A DNA stretch of 64,000 bases from the sequence record NC_031934.1. One strand, written 5' to 3'. This DNA is from Escherichia phage MX01. The position numbers and the translations under genes were made by a program. Shown here piece after piece: positions 28,326 through 41,437 of the stretch. The notes below the pieces were generated by a model. The model ran no database searches and was not told where the DNA came from. It saw only the letters and a list, made by a program, of their open reading frames with translations. Within the stretch, counting starts at the first letter, position 1. Every line of letters starts with the position of its first letter.

Positions 28326-28870
28326 TATTCACCACAATAGTTTTGAATTGATTCCCAGTTCAGAGAACGGAGACCTGTACGATTATACTGGATAACTTCT
28401 ATGCCTGATTCACGGAGGATATCGTCCCATCCTTCAGGATTTCGGTCATATAGCTCAGCATAAACCAATGTTTTAATTCCAGACTGCGCAATAGACTTAG
28501 CACAATCTGCACATGGAGATAACGTCACGTACATCGTAGCGCCGTCAATAGAACTTCCGGTACGAGCTGCAAACAAAATGGCATTCAGTTCAGCATGGAT
28601 TTCATTTTTGGATGACCATGCTGCATGAGCCATACGGTGTTCTTTAAGAAGAACGGATTTGTGCGACATCCGCGCTGGGTCATACACAACACGGGTCCAG
28701 TCTTGTTCCACAGCGTGGTCACAACAGTTAACACCACCGGATGGTGAACCGTTATACCCTGTAGAAATAATGCGGCCATTCTTTTCAATAACCGCGCCCA
28801 CTTTCCATGAACAACATTTTGATTCCTGAGAAATCAGATATGCAATCTGAAGGTATGTGCTTGCTTTCAT
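28325..28870 (-). CDS. cd: dCMP deaminase
   Basis: 181 aa; zinc-binding cytidine/dCMP deaminase motifs HAELNA and PCADC. Confidence 0.9.
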   Translation of the reverse strand: MKASTYLQIAYLISQESKCCSWKVGAVIEKNGRIISTGYNGSPSGGVNCCDHAVEQDWTRVVYDPARMSHKSVLLKEHRMAHAAWSSKNEIHAELNAILFAARTGSSIDGATMYVTLSPCADCAKSIAQSGIKTLVYAELYDRNPEGWDDILRESGIEVIQYNRTGLRSLNWESIQNYCGE

Positions 28871-29100
28871 TCTATGAACACTCGCTGCGCTTCGACCAGA
28901 CCATCAGAACCAAGTTTCAACTGGGTAATCTGGCCGCCATTTTTAGGATTAACGATAACCAATACCGCACGTGGTGATTCCTGAATTACTCGCAGAGTTG
29001 CGTCAGGAAAACGTACAGAAACCTTATTAATCAGGGCCTGAGCAAATTCTTTAACTTTAACTTGGAACTGCTCTACAGTAATAGGTTGTTCGCTCAGCAT
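28867..29100 (-). CDS. Hypothetical protein (77 aa)
   Basis: ORF overlapping the cd start by 4 nt. Confidence 0.45.
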   Translation of the reverse strand: MLSEQPITVEQFQVKVKEFAQALINKVSVRFPDATLRVIQESPRAVLVIVNPKNGGQITQLKLGSDGLVEAQRVFIE

Positions 29101-29654
29101 TAGATGCTCTCCAACTTAAGTTGTTTGGTAGTGGTAGCTTGGGTAATGTCGCCTTTAACAATATAACACACTTGTTGGAACGACTTAGTCAAAAGCTCTT
29201 CAGCCTGACGATCGGCTTGTTCCTTTGTGTTATGGCGAGAATGAACTTCAATCTTACCATTTTTAACAATAAGCACTTTCCAATCAGCCGGAGTTTTAAT
29301 AGGTTTGATTTCAGGGTTCTGGAAAACTAACTGCACTTCTTTAGGGTCTACCACTTCAATAAAGTATTCGAATTCATGGCTAAAAAAGCCCGCTGAATTA
29401 AAAAGAACACTATTTGCATCGTCAGGATTACCTGTGATTTTGCTCAGGTCGATAAACATCATCTCGTCATATACACGAATTCGGCTTACACGTTCATGAC
29501 CATTATGATAATCAATTTCAACTTCAAACGGATTCATACCCACATACTTAGCAAAAGCTGTATTGAGGCCATAAGCACCGTTATTAGTGAATTTGTTTTT
29601 AGTGTATTCACCAACGAACTTGTAAAACTTACGCTCTTCAAAGAACTGGCTCAT
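29100..29654 (-). CDS. Hypothetical protein (184 aa)
   Basis: Start set at MSQFFEERKFY with GAGGA Shine-Dalgarno; longer extension would overlap the upstream gene. Confidence 0.5.
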   Translation of the reverse strand: MSQFFEERKFYKFVGEYTKNKFTNNGAYGLNTAFAKYVGMNPFEVEIDYHNGHERVSRIRVYDEMMFIDLSKITGNPDDANSVLFNSAGFFSHEFEYFIEVVDPKEVQLVFQNPEIKPIKTPADWKVLIVKNGKIEVHSRHNTKEQADRQAEELLTKSFQQVCYIVKGDITQATTTKQLKLESI

Positions 29655-29716
29655 TTCGATTTCCTCATTTGTTTCGGTAGGACTACTATACCACAGTCCT
29701 ACCATAGTGTAAACAC

Positions 29717-29995
29717 TTAAATTGCTTCGACAACTACCGTTTGTTTCTGGAAATCCATTTTGCATGAAATAGCCAAAATGTGGTTATCAATTTTAAATGG
29801 AACGATTGCAAATGCTGCACCGGGCGTGAGTTGAACAGTGATTGCATCAACTGCATCCGGGAACATGATTTCCAGAATAGCAGACAAACGACCGTGCACT
29901 TTTAGTTCAGTCGACACGTCGACGCTTTCGTATAGATAATCAGATACAATCTGACTAAAAACTACTTTAACAATTTCAGAATAAGTAGGGAACAT
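29717..29995 (-). CDS. Hypothetical protein (92 aa)
   Basis: ORF in cd.x region. Confidence 0.45.
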   Translation of the reverse strand: MFPTYSEIVKVVFSQIVSDYLYESVDVSTELKVHGRLSAILEIMFPDAVDAITVQLTPGAAFAIVPFKIDNHILAISCKMDFQKQTVVVEAI

Positions 29996-30002
29996 AATTA
30001 CC

Positions 30003-30218
30003 TCAGTGTACTGTATGGACCTTCACGTTAACAATAAACCGGTCAACGACTTCAGTCAGAGGAACAAACTCAACATAGTACTCGCCTTTGTAACGTTCAT
30101 TGAGGTCATTACGAAGGGCCGCTAGTGAGTTAATGAGGGTAGGAGACATATTCTGACCTACCAGTTTCTGAAGCTCTTTATAAGCTTCTTCTTCAACTTC
30201 GTGGTGTTTGTTATACAT
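30003..30218 (-). CDS. Hypothetical protein (71 aa)
   Basis: Start set at MYNKHHEVEEE, overlapping the upstream stop. Confidence 0.4.
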   Translation of the reverse strand: MYNKHHEVEEEAYKELQKLVGQNMSPTLINSLAALRNDLNERYKGEYYVEFVPLTEVVDRFIVNVKVHTVH

Positions 30219-30407
30219 AATGTTCTTCCAAGAAGGCAAGGAGTTCAGGAGCGGATTTAAAAATACCACCATCGACCTTGTCTTCATCTTTATAGTCCAT
30301 AACATCCAGGCCAATACGTCCATCAGTTAAAGGCCATACGCCGAAGAAAAAGCATTTACGTTTTTCAATTTCTTCGATTGTACGAAAAATCTTTTCGATA
30401 TTATTCA

Positions 30408-30408
<1 letters not shown>
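30211..30408 (-). CDS. Hypothetical protein (65 aa)
   Basis: ORF immediately downstream of pseT. Confidence 0.45.
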
Positions 30409-31611
<1,203 letters not shown>

Positions 31612-31615
<4 letters not shown>

Positions 31616-32094
31616 ACACCAAGTTCCTTATAAAGTTCTTCACGGCAAGTTTTAAGGGTTTTACCCGATTCGTAAGCAACACTTTCAGGAACATCGCCAA
31701 GGGTTACTGCGGATTGCATTTGACCGTGACGTTTAGCCGCGTATTCAAAACTTTTCACTAGCTCACGAATACGTTCTTTTTCATTATATTCTTCAATGAA
31801 TTCAGGGTATTCCCAAACCGGACGCATCATACGATACCACTGTTGGATGGTGATATAATTACTTCCATCCAAATTAATAATCTGCGAAGGCTCAATAGAC
31901 CCTGGAGCATAAAAAGTTACCTGTCTTACTACATCAATACCGTCCACAATAGCCCAAGCAAAATCGAAAGTTGCCTTCTTTTCAATTGGCGTGCTTGCAC
32001 AGGACCCTAGCTTAAGGAGCTTTTGTAATGCAGGAGATTTGACACCTGAAATGTATTCAGGCTTAGCCACAAAACTGTTATCACGTAAAGTCAT
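31612..32094 (-). CDS. Hypothetical protein (160 aa), extra relative to T4 order
   Basis: Start set at MTLRDNSFV; no motif recognised. Confidence 0.45.
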
Positions 32095-32261
32095 AATAAT
32101 TTCCTCAATTTTTATAATCCGTAGGAGCATTATACTCCGCTCCCAAGAGTTTGTAAACTACTTTCCAAAAATACCATTTATACACATGCTAAGCACGATT
32201 CCAAAACAAAAGCATGTAAAGCCAAATAGAATGACATCCGACCCATCGATACAAGACTCAA

Positions 32262-32552
32262 TCATTTGCACTTCTCCTCTTTTAGTCCGGAACGATAATA
32301 ACATAACATAGATTTCTGGTCTTGTACATATCTTTTTACGTCATTCAACCAAATACGATGTTCTTGGGAATCTTCAAATGGCATTCCAACCCAAGCTTTA
32401 CCATCGATTACCTTAACCTGCCATTTAACATTATGTTTGGCAATAGGTTGTGGCCATGAAGGATGTAGTTGTTGCTTAGGCACTACAGGGATGTCCTGGG
32501 CACATCCAACTAACAAGCCAATAGATAATACTACCACAGATAATTTAATCAT
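32262..32552 (-). CDS. Outer-membrane spanin lipoprotein (o-spanin)
   Basis: 96 aa; signal peptide with lipobox LLVGC; ATGA overlap with the upstream i-spanin gene. Confidence 0.7.
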   Translation of the reverse strand: MIKLSVVVLSIGLLVGCAQDIPVVPKQQLHPSWPQPIAKHNVKWQVKVIDGKAWVGMPFEDSQEHRIWLNDVKRYVQDQKSMLCYYRSGLKEEKCK

Positions 32553-32902
32553 TCTGTAATGCTCCTGAAGTCTTCTGTAAAGGAATCGAAGGACTTGTTG
32601 ATTTGTTTTTCGACCAATCCTGGCTTACTTGCCACCACGTGCGCCTTCTTCGAATCTTTACGGAGCTTTTCATTTTCTACCTTAATTTTATCCATTCGGG
32701 CATTCATTTCAGTAGTACGGAATTCAATATCAGAGTATTGGCCACGTAGGTCATCTACGGCTTCGGCATTCTGTTTGGCCGTTTGCTGGGTTGTTTTCAG
32801 TTCTTCAGTAAGGGTATCAATACGGCTTGATTGATACGAAATAAAACCGTAAGCACCTACTGCAATGGCTCCAGCTAAAAGGTAAATACTTAATTTAGAC
32901 AT
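32549..32902 (-). CDS. Inner-membrane spanin (i-spanin)
   Basis: 117 aa; N-terminal transmembrane helix then coiled-coil-like charged region. Confidence 0.7.
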   Translation of the reverse strand: MSKLSIYLLAGAIAVGAYGFISYQSSRIDTLTEELKTTQQTAKQNAEAVDDLRGQYSDIEFRTTEMNARMDKIKVENEKLRKDSKKAHVVASKPGLVEKQINKSFDSFTEDFRSITE

Positions 32903-33390
32903 TTGGTAATAATCTCGATGATGTCATCACGTGACAGGGAATTAATAAGAACCGTTTTAGGATTTTCGCACTGAATTTTGTACGTTTCGAACATAAAACA
33001 CAATTCTTCAGCGGTATGGTAAGGACTTGAAATGCCAAGGCGATTAAACTTGTCGCTTAATGGGTCACAAATCAAATAGAAAGTGATGCCTGAGATTTTG
33101 ACATTAGGTTGACTAATATTAATGAACACCTCGGCATCATACTTGGAAAGGTTGTTTTGGAGAAACTCAACCATAGAGTTGACGGCTTCAGGCATGGCTT
33201 CACGCTTTTCTTCTGCATAACGGGTAGAGTATTCTTTTTGCTTGATTTTCTTTTTAGCATTTTTAGCTAAAGTGACACGAAGATCGGTCAGGTAACCTAC
33301 TGCACGAGAACCTTTAAAAACTTGGATGCCGTCAGTAGAGTCACCAAAAGCCTTAACAACCATTTCGTTAGTAATCATTTGCATATTCAT
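32890..33390 (-). CDS. Alc-position protein (possible Alc transcription factor)
   Basis: 166 aa ORF between rnlA and the spanins, where T4 has alc (167 aa); positional only. Confidence 0.4.
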   Translation of the reverse strand: MNMQMITNEMVVKAFGDSTDGIQVFKGSRAVGYLTDLRVTLAKNAKKKIKQKEYSTRYAEEKREAMPEAVNSMVEFLQNNLSKYDAEVFINISQPNVKISGITFYLICDPLSDKFNRLGISSPYHTAEELCFMFETYKIQCENPKTVLINSLSRDDIIEIITKCLN

Positions 33391-33420
33391 TTTGTTTTCT
33401 CCTCATTAGTTGGTAAGTCT

Positions 33421-33449
33421 ATACTAACACGTCATGAGGAGATGTAAAC
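33421..33449 (-). promoter_or_regulatory. Candidate early promoter
   Basis: Minus-sense GTTTAC, 17-nt spacer, TAGTAT, conserved leader. Confidence 0.4.
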
Positions 33450-34597
33450 TACTCTACCACAATTTCTTTCAAATATTTTTCAGGGATTTGGGCCTTATGA
33501 TTTTTCAAGAACACAGAGTTAATCTGGTCCATGACCGTATCATAATTAATACCGCCTACGTACGCCTGCATAAGAATAGAGAACAACCCTGGGAAGTCCT
33601 TAAGGATTAATTGACCTGTAACGGCATAGTCTTTACGGTCACGTCCCTTGAGTTGGGAATATGCTGCTTCCAACAAAGCCAATGATTGTTCTAGGTAATC
33701 TAAATGGATACGTTCGAAGGCATCGATTTTCTCGATAGCAAACGAATCCGTACTGAACAGACCACGAAGGTCATCAGTTCCGCCAGCCACTACAACTTCA
33801 AACAAACGTTCGTTATTGTTAATGGAATCTTTGGTATGATGCAGTGCACTGTACCATGCAGTTTTGAGTTTAAAGAACGTACCATCTTTAAGTACAAAGA
33901 TGAAACCTTCAATACCCTCTTGTTTACGGATGTTTTCTACGAAATCACCCTCAGAGAGGTCATAGCTTTCAACCAAATGCTTACGCAGGGCGCCATCTTT
34001 AAACAATTCAGCATACGGAATATATTCACCCGTTTCATTATTACGAACGTTTAACAGGATGAGGTTTGTTTCTTGGTAAGCCAACACGATACGGTTGGTA
34101 GGTGCAACATATTCAAGGTTGCAGGTATACCCGGCTTTGGTGATTTCTTCTAGACGTGCGGCAAAAGCCTCGTTCTCAGGGAGACGAAGGAAACGTAAAG
34201 AATCATGCACCATTGATGAATGGATAGAGCCTTTAGATTTAACAGAAAGATACTGACGGTCCATGAATGTAGAAATCAGAGAACCATCTTCCTTAGCCAT
34301 TACGAGGTCGATATTTTCCGGCGACAAATCTAGACCGATAGTCATAGGGTTTTCGTCAAGGTTAAAGAACTTTTGCATAGGACGAGCAGCAATACGTACT
34401 GGACCTTTCTCGTCCATTTCAAACATAATGCCTCGACACTCTAGTGCGCCGTCTTCCAACCAATCACTGTACGATGCATAGTTATAACTAAAGATGCGAT
34501 AGTTGACTCCTAGCGCACTCTGAAAGTCTTTAAAGAAGAACTTAGATTTAGTCGAGTTTTTAACCAGGGCCATTAAGTTATCATATAATTCAATCAT
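33449..34597 (-). CDS. rnlA: RNA ligase 1
   Basis: 382 aa; YRIFSYNYASYSDWL and ALECRGIMFEMD match T4 Rnl1 as recalled. Confidence 0.9.
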   Translation of the reverse strand: MIELYDNLMALVKNSTKSKFFFKDFQSALGVNYRIFSYNYASYSDWLEDGALECRGIMFEMDEKGPVRIAARPMQKFFNLDENPMTIGLDLSPENIDLVMAKEDGSLISTFMDRQYLSVKSKGSIHSSMVHDSLRFLRLPENEAFAARLEEITKAGYTCNLEYVAPTNRIVLAYQETNLILLNVRNNETGEYIPYAELFKDGALRKHLVESYDLSEGDFVENIRKQEGIEGFIFVLKDGTFFKLKTAWYSALHHTKDSINNNERLFEVVVAGGTDDLRGLFSTDSFAIEKIDAFERIHLDYLEQSLALLEAAYSQLKGRDRKDYAVTGQLILKDFPGLFSILMQAYVGGINYDTVMDQINSVFLKNHKAQIPEKYLKEIVVE

Positions 34598-34600
34598 TGC

Positions 34601-35038
34601 TTATCCTTTTAATCGGTGTTGGGTATTCCAAGGTGGATTAAATTTCTTTATGAACATTGGCTCTTCAAGAGACATGGTCTCAACCGACATAGTTCCAAGT
34701 TCGTTAGTCATCGACAGATTAAAGCACTGCCGTGCATAGAACTCTACCTTTTTACCTGCCATTAATGCTTCATGAATCAGAATGGACTTGGTCGAATCCG
34801 ACGTTTGGTCCTTACGATTAATAGCGGTTCGGTAGTAGTTGATGCGCTTACGAAGATTTTTAGTCTTCCCAATGTAGACTAGTATATCATCAACCGCTAT
34901 AGCATATATGACATTTTGTTTATTTGGTACTGTGAGTGGAGCTATGGTGGCGTCATCTTGGAGTTCTAGGGTGACGTACTTGATAAAGCTAAATTCGTCT
35001 GCGATTTCTTTCATAGCAATAAGGGGCCGAAGCCCCAT
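34601..35038 (-). CDS. denA: Endonuclease II (GIY-YIG)
   Basis: 145 aa; GIY-YIG-like VIYAI...LVYIGKTKNLRKR; between rnlA and nrdB as in T4. Confidence 0.7.
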   Translation of the reverse strand: MGLRPLIAMKEIADEFSFIKYVTLELQDDATIAPLTVPNKQNVIYAIAVDDILVYIGKTKNLRKRINYYRTAINRKDQTSDSTKSILIHEALMAGKKVEFYARQCFNLSMTNELGTMSVETMSLEEPMFIKKFNPPWNTQHRLKG

Positions 35039-35041
35039 TCC

Positions 35042-36220
35042 TTAAAAATATTTCTTGTACGATGCCATTACTTTTTCATCGACATCGTTATCAATTTGTG
35101 CTACAAGGTAAGAACTGATTTCCACTTCCTGAGGAGCAGCCTGTACAGCATCAGAGTTCAGGTATTCACGAATCCAAGGATACGGATGGCGGGCAGGGGC
35201 ATCAGTAATAGGACATGGTAAGCCACATTGCTTCATACGAGAAACTGTCAGGTAATCGACAAAAGCACCCATGTTCTGAGTATTTAATCCAGGGCAAGTA
35301 CCGTCTTTGAACAGGTGAGCGGCCCATTCTTTTTCTTGTCGGTTAACTTCCATGAAAATATCAACTGCTTCTTGTTCGCACTCTTGGGCAATTTTAACCC
35401 ATTCGTCGCCATCAGTACCAAGTTGAAGCTGACGAATAATGTACTGAGTACCCTTGAGGTGGAGCTGTTCATCACGTGCAATGAACTTCATAATCTTGGC
35501 ATTACCTTCCATTATTTCCATGTTTTTGTGGAAGTTAAAGGTACATGCGAAAGATACGTAAAAACGAATAGCTTCCAATGCGTTGATTACATGAAGGCAA
35601 AGGTAAAGGGATTTCATTAGCTCACGCTTCCAATACATCTCATGCTCAATAGCATCTTCAATATCGTCTTCGTCTGCATTAATTTCTTTTTGGTATTCGA
35701 TATCAGCTTTAGCATTCTGCCAATAGCGAGTTTTCTCAATAACGTCGTCGTAATAACGACCAATAGATTCAGCACGTTTCATGATAGCGTCATCTAACAG
35801 AATTTCATCAAATACCTTTGACGGGTCTGTATAGAGGTTACGCATGATATGGGTATATGAACGAGAGTGAATAGTCTCACTAAAGGTCCATGTAGCCACC
35901 CATGTATCAAGGCTAGGGTCTGAAATCAAGGCTTGGAGTGCAGCAGAAGGAGCACGTCCCTGGATACTATCCAGAAGTGATTGATACTTCAGGTTATTGG
36001 TAAAAATATTTTGTTGGAACTGTGGAAGCTTATTAAATTGAGCGCCGTCCATCATCAAGTTAACTTCCTCGGGTCTCCAAAAAAATCCGAGTTGCTTTTC
36101 ACAGAGTTCTTCAAATACTTTATGGCGCTGGATGTCATAACGGGCCAATCCTAATCCTGAACCAAAGAACATCGGTTCGGCTAAAACATCAACTGGGGTG
36201 GTATTAAAAACTGTAGACAT
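35042..36220 (-). CDS. nrdB: Ribonucleotide reductase small subunit, uninterrupted
   Basis: Start at MSTVFNTTPVDVL as in T4 NrdB; single continuous ORF. Confidence 0.9.
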   Translation of the reverse strand: MSTVFNTTPVDVLAEPMFFGSGLGLARYDIQRHKVFEELCEKQLGFFWRPEEVNLMMDGAQFNKLPQFQQNIFTNNLKYQSLLDSIQGRAPSAALQALISDPSLDTWVATWTFSETIHSRSYTHIMRNLYTDPSKVFDEILLDDAIMKRAESIGRYYDDVIEKTRYWQNAKADIEYQKEINADEDDIEDAIEHEMYWKRELMKSLYLCLHVINALEAIRFYVSFACTFNFHKNMEIMEGNAKIMKFIARDEQLHLKGTQYIIRQLQLGTDGDEWVKIAQECEQEAVDIFMEVNRQEKEWAAHLFKDGTCPGLNTQNMGAFVDYLTVSRMKQCGLPCPITDAPARHPYPWIREYLNSDAVQAAPQEVEISSYLVAQIDNDVDEKVMASYKKYF

Positions 36221-36273
36221 GTTATTCTCATTTGTTAGTGACTCATCCATGAGTCAATTATAATCAGATTTTA

Positions 36274-38529
36274 TTAAAGCTTACAAGCTGCACAATCGTC
36301 GGCTTTAGGAGTTTCGATTTCATAGTCATCAGTACCAGAGCCATCACGGGTATTATGATAGTAAAGGTTCTTACCACCGTAGTACCAGAAATACAGCAGG
36401 TCATCAAGCATTACCGACATCGGAACTTTTCCTTTTGGAAAAATCTGTGGGTCATAATATGTATTCGCTGATGCCGATTGACACACCCATTTCAACGCTA
36501 TTGCCACTTGGGTAAGATAAGGTTTATTACCTTTCTTAGCAAGAGACCAAGCATAATCGTAGAGCCCTTGGTTATGTTCTACATTAGGAACTACCTGACG
36601 GAAGTTACCTTCTTTAGATTCTTTAATACTTACCGGACCACGTGGAGGTTCGATACCGTTTGTAGAGTTGGAAACCTGGCTGCTTGATTCACACGGCATA
36701 AGTGCTGATAATGTGCTATTACGGATGCCATGTTTAGCCAAGTCTTCCCGCAACGACGTCCAGTCACAAACATAGTTAGGGGCTGCGATTTGGTCAATCT
36801 TTTTATTGTACCAGTCGATAGGTAATTCGCCTCGAGACCATTTAGTGTCTGAATAATACTCGCAATGTCCTTTTTCTTCGGCCAGCTTGATGGATGCTCG
36901 GATAAGTCCATATTGTAATCTCTCAAACAGTTCGTGAGTTAAATCGTTAGCGTCTTCATAAGAAGCAAAGTTGCTTGCCAACCAAGCAGCGTAGTTCGTA
37001 ACACCAACACCCAGGTTACGACGTTTCTTAGCCTTCAGAGCTTCAGGAACAGGATAATCTTGATAGTCCAACAGGTTATCAAGTGCACGTACTTGTACTT
37101 CAGCCAGCTCGTTGATTTTGTCTTGGTCCTGCCAATCGAAGTTATCCAATACGAATGCAGACAACGTACACAAACCAATTTCAGCGTCAGGACTATTCAC
37201 GTCAGTAGTCGGGATAGCAATTTCACAACACAAGTTGCTCTGACGAATAGGAGCTTTTTCACGAATAAATGGTGTGAAGTTGTTAGTGTTATCAACGAAC
37301 TGAGGATAAATTCGTGCAGTGCCTGAACGTTCAGTCATGAACAATTCAAAAAGGTCACGTGCCTTAATACGTTTCTTACGAATACTAGGGTCTTTTTCTG
37401 CGGCTTCATACAATTCACGGAAACGGTCTTGGTCTTCGAAATAAGAATAATAAAGCTCACCACTCATTTCATGAGGACTAAACAGGGTAATATAATCATT
37501 TTTACCGAAACGTTCCATCATCAGGTCGTTCAACTGGATTCCGTAGTCCATATGACGAATACGGTTCTCATCGACACCCTTGTTGTTTTTCAGAACGAGC
37601 AGATTTTCAACTTCCAAATGCCAAATAGGATAATAAGCAGTAGCAGCGCCGCCACGGATTCCACCTTGTGAACATGATTTAACAGCAGTCTGGAAATGTT
37701 TCCAGAATGGAATAACACCGGTATGCTTGACTTCGCCCATGCCAATACGAGAACCTTCAGCACGAATCATACCAACGTTGATACCAATACCTGCACGTTT
37801 AGAAATGTATTCAATTATTGAGTTAGCAGTTTTGTTAATAGATTTCAGCGAGTCGCCGGCTTCAATAACCACACAAGAACTAAATTGACGGGTTGGTGTA
37901 CGTGCTCCAGCCATAATAGGAGTAGGCAATGAAACCTGACGAGTACTTACAGCATCATAAAAACGAATAATATGTGCTAAACGATTACCTGGCTCTTCTT
38001 GGTGCAACGCCATACCAATACACATAATAGCGAACTGAGGAGTTTCGTAGATTTTACCGGTTGTTTTATCTTTAACCAGATATTTCTCTTTCAGCTGCAT
38101 TGCGCCGGCGTAGGTCAATTCAAAGTCACGTTCATGCTTGATATGAGATTCTAAGAAAGTAATTTCTTCTGCAGAATATCGAGACAACAATTCAGGGTCA
38201 TATTTACCTTCGTTAACACAATAGGAAATATGGTCGATAAAACTACGCGGTTCAAACTGGCCGTAAACTTCTTTACGAAGAGCAAACATCAATTGCTTTG
38301 CGGCAACATACTGATAGTCAGGTTCTTCAACCGAGATAAGGTTGGCTGCTACCTTAACAGTCAGATTCTGGATATCTTTGGTAGTCATACCGTCACGAAG
38401 ATGAGATTTGATTTCTTCGTATAATTCATAGGGGTCGATTTGGGTTCCTTCACAGCCCCAAGTCAGAACTTTAATAATTTTTTGTGCGTCAAAATCTTGG
38501 GATACACCACTACTTTTTTGTACTTGCAT
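36274..38529 (-). CDS. nrdA: Ribonucleotide reductase large subunit
   Basis: 751 aa class Ia RNR alpha subunit with N-terminal ATP-cone; T4 NrdA size and position. Confidence 0.9.
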   Translation of the reverse strand: MQVQKSSGVSQDFDAQKIIKVLTWGCEGTQIDPYELYEEIKSHLRDGMTTKDIQNLTVKVAANLISVEEPDYQYVAAKQLMFALRKEVYGQFEPRSFIDHISYCVNEGKYDPELLSRYSAEEITFLESHIKHERDFELTYAGAMQLKEKYLVKDKTTGKIYETPQFAIMCIGMALHQEEPGNRLAHIIRFYDAVSTRQVSLPTPIMAGARTPTRQFSSCVVIEAGDSLKSINKTANSIIEYISKRAGIGINVGMIRAEGSRIGMGEVKHTGVIPFWKHFQTAVKSCSQGGIRGGAATAYYPIWHLEVENLLVLKNNKGVDENRIRHMDYGIQLNDLMMERFGKNDYITLFSPHEMSGELYYSYFEDQDRFRELYEAAEKDPSIRKKRIKARDLFELFMTERSGTARIYPQFVDNTNNFTPFIREKAPIRQSNLCCEIAIPTTDVNSPDAEIGLCTLSAFVLDNFDWQDQDKINELAEVQVRALDNLLDYQDYPVPEALKAKKRRNLGVGVTNYAAWLASNFASYEDANDLTHELFERLQYGLIRASIKLAEEKGHCEYYSDTKWSRGELPIDWYNKKIDQIAAPNYVCDWTSLREDLAKHGIRNSTLSALMPCESSSQVSNSTNGIEPPRGPVSIKESKEGNFRQVVPNVEHNQGLYDYAWSLAKKGNKPYLTQVAIALKWVCQSASANTYYDPQIFPKGKVPMSVMLDDLLYFWYYGGKNLYYHNTRDGSGTDDYEIETPKADDCAACKL

Positions 38530-38657
38530 AATTTCCTCAATATGTTAGGTTCTACAATTATTCTATCATAGAACCTGTTAAGCATGGACTGATATTTATA
38601 GAATGAAATTCAGTCCGACCATAATAACCAAAAACAGAGTACAGATTATTTGAATTT

Positions 38658-40343
<1,686 letters not shown>

Positions 40344-40368
40344 TTTATTCTCCTTAGTTGATAAGGCT

Positions 40369-40398
40369 ATAGTATCACTACCATAGCCTGGTGTAAAC
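40369..40398 (-). promoter_or_regulatory. Early promoter
   Basis: Minus-sense GTTTAC, 18-nt spacer, TACTAT, conserved leader AGCCTTATCAACTAAGGAGA. Confidence 0.5.
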
Positions 40399-40644
40399 TT
40401 ATTTTTGAATTAAGCCCATATAAAATTTAGCGTCTTCCGGGTGCATACCGTCACAATACTCGTAAGCCATAAAGCGGGTAAGGTCTTCAAGAGGACCTTG
40501 GACTTCAATTTGCATACTACAGAATTGAGTATCTTTAATATGGGTCATAACTAAAGAAGGATAACGATTACGGATAACTTCGTAAGTGTATTCAAAATCA
40601 ACGATATCAATATTAACCTTAGCCATTTTATTTTCCTCACTCAT
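40399..40644 (-). CDS. Hypothetical protein (81 aa)
   Basis: ORF preceded by GAGGAAAATAAAATG. Confidence 0.5.
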   Translation of the reverse strand: MSEENKMAKVNIDIVDFEYTYEVIRNRYPSLVMTHIKDTQFCSMQIEVQGPLEDLTRFMAYEYCDGMHPEDAKFYMGLIQK

Positions 40645-40658
40645 TAGTTGATAGGTCT

Positions 40659-40687
40659 ATAGTATCATGTTTAAAGGCGTTGTAAAC
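40659..40687 (-). promoter_or_regulatory. Early promoter
   Basis: Minus-sense GTTTAC, 17-nt spacer, TACTAT, conserved leader. Confidence 0.55.
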
Positions 40688-40689
40688 AT

Positions 40690-40950
40690 TTATTTTTGAA
40701 TTTTATCAAGCCATTTACCAAGTTTAATCATTTCTTTGGTAGCTTTTTCCATACTTCTAAATTTAACCAGTAAAGGTTGGGCATCAACACCCATAACTAA
40801 GGTGGTTACAAGACTATGTTCACCTACAAGCCATAATGAATAAGTTTGGATATCGAGCCCGTAATTTCGGTCTTTATGAACTCGTACACCCATCACTTCA
40901 AATTTCTCACTGGCTTTTTCTACTGCATCCAGGAAATCATCTTTAGTCAT
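40690..40950 (-). CDS. Hypothetical protein (86 aa)
   Basis: Start set at MTKDDFLDAV, 1 nt after the upstream stop (TAAtATG). Confidence 0.45.
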   Translation of the reverse strand: MTKDDFLDAVEKASEKFEVMGVRVHKDRNYGLDIQTYSLWLVGEHSLVTTLVMGVDAQPLLVKFRSMEKATKEMIKLGKWLDKIQK

Positions 40951-40951
40951 A

Positions 40952-41341
40952 TTAGGCCTTAAAAGTTTTTTGCAAAAGTTCAATGATTTGGTCAACGTTC
41001 TGTTCGGTGACAATGCAATGGATTTGAGTCACACCGGCCTTAGCAATAGGCTCATCGATTTCTTTATCTTCCACAACATATTCACAGAAGCAATAGAACT
41101 CATCTTCATGCAACTCAAAATAATTTGGCACCAACCCAAATGCATTATAAATCTCGCCGTTAGCACATTCGATTTCAGTCACAAATTTGTCGCCATCCAT
41201 AGTCAACATATCCTTTACTTCAAACCAACCTCCGTTGTCTTGGATAAGGTCGACCATGCTTTTATTATTTTCATATTCGTCCATTTCAATAAAGTCTTTA
41301 ATGCATTCAGGACGAAGTTCATAAGTTTTACCGATTTCCAT
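40952..41341 (-). CDS. Hypothetical acidic protein (129 aa)
   Basis: ORF preceded by GAGGAAATAAAATG. Confidence 0.5.
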   Translation of the reverse strand: MEIGKTYELRPECIKDFIEMDEYENNKSMVDLIQDNGGWFEVKDMLTMDGDKFVTEIECANGEIYNAFGLVPNYFELHEDEFYCFCEYVVEDKEIDEPIAKAGVTQIHCIVTEQNVDQIIELLQKTFKA

Positions 41342-41372
41342 TTTATTTCCTCATCTATTAGTTGATAGGTCT

Positions 41373-41401
41373 ATAGTATCATGTTTAAAGGTATTGTAAA
41401 C
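41373..41401 (-). promoter_or_regulatory. Early promoter
   Basis: Minus-sense GTTTAC, 17-nt spacer, TACTAT, conserved leader. Confidence 0.55.
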
Positions 41402-41417
41402 CATTAAATGCCAAAAA

Positions 41418-41437
41418 GGGAAGACCGAAGTCTTCCC
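41418..41437 (-). terminator. UUCG-tetraloop terminator downstream of gene 32
   Basis: Minus-sense GGGAAGAC-UUCG-GUCUUCCC, perfect 8-bp stem followed by a T-run. Confidence 0.7.

Noticed and set aside
35284-35620. Short ORFs inside nrdB, considered as a possible intron-encoded endonuclease
   Set aside because: nrdB is a single uninterrupted frame matching T4 NrdB; the internal ORFs are antisense or out of frame with no intron structure.
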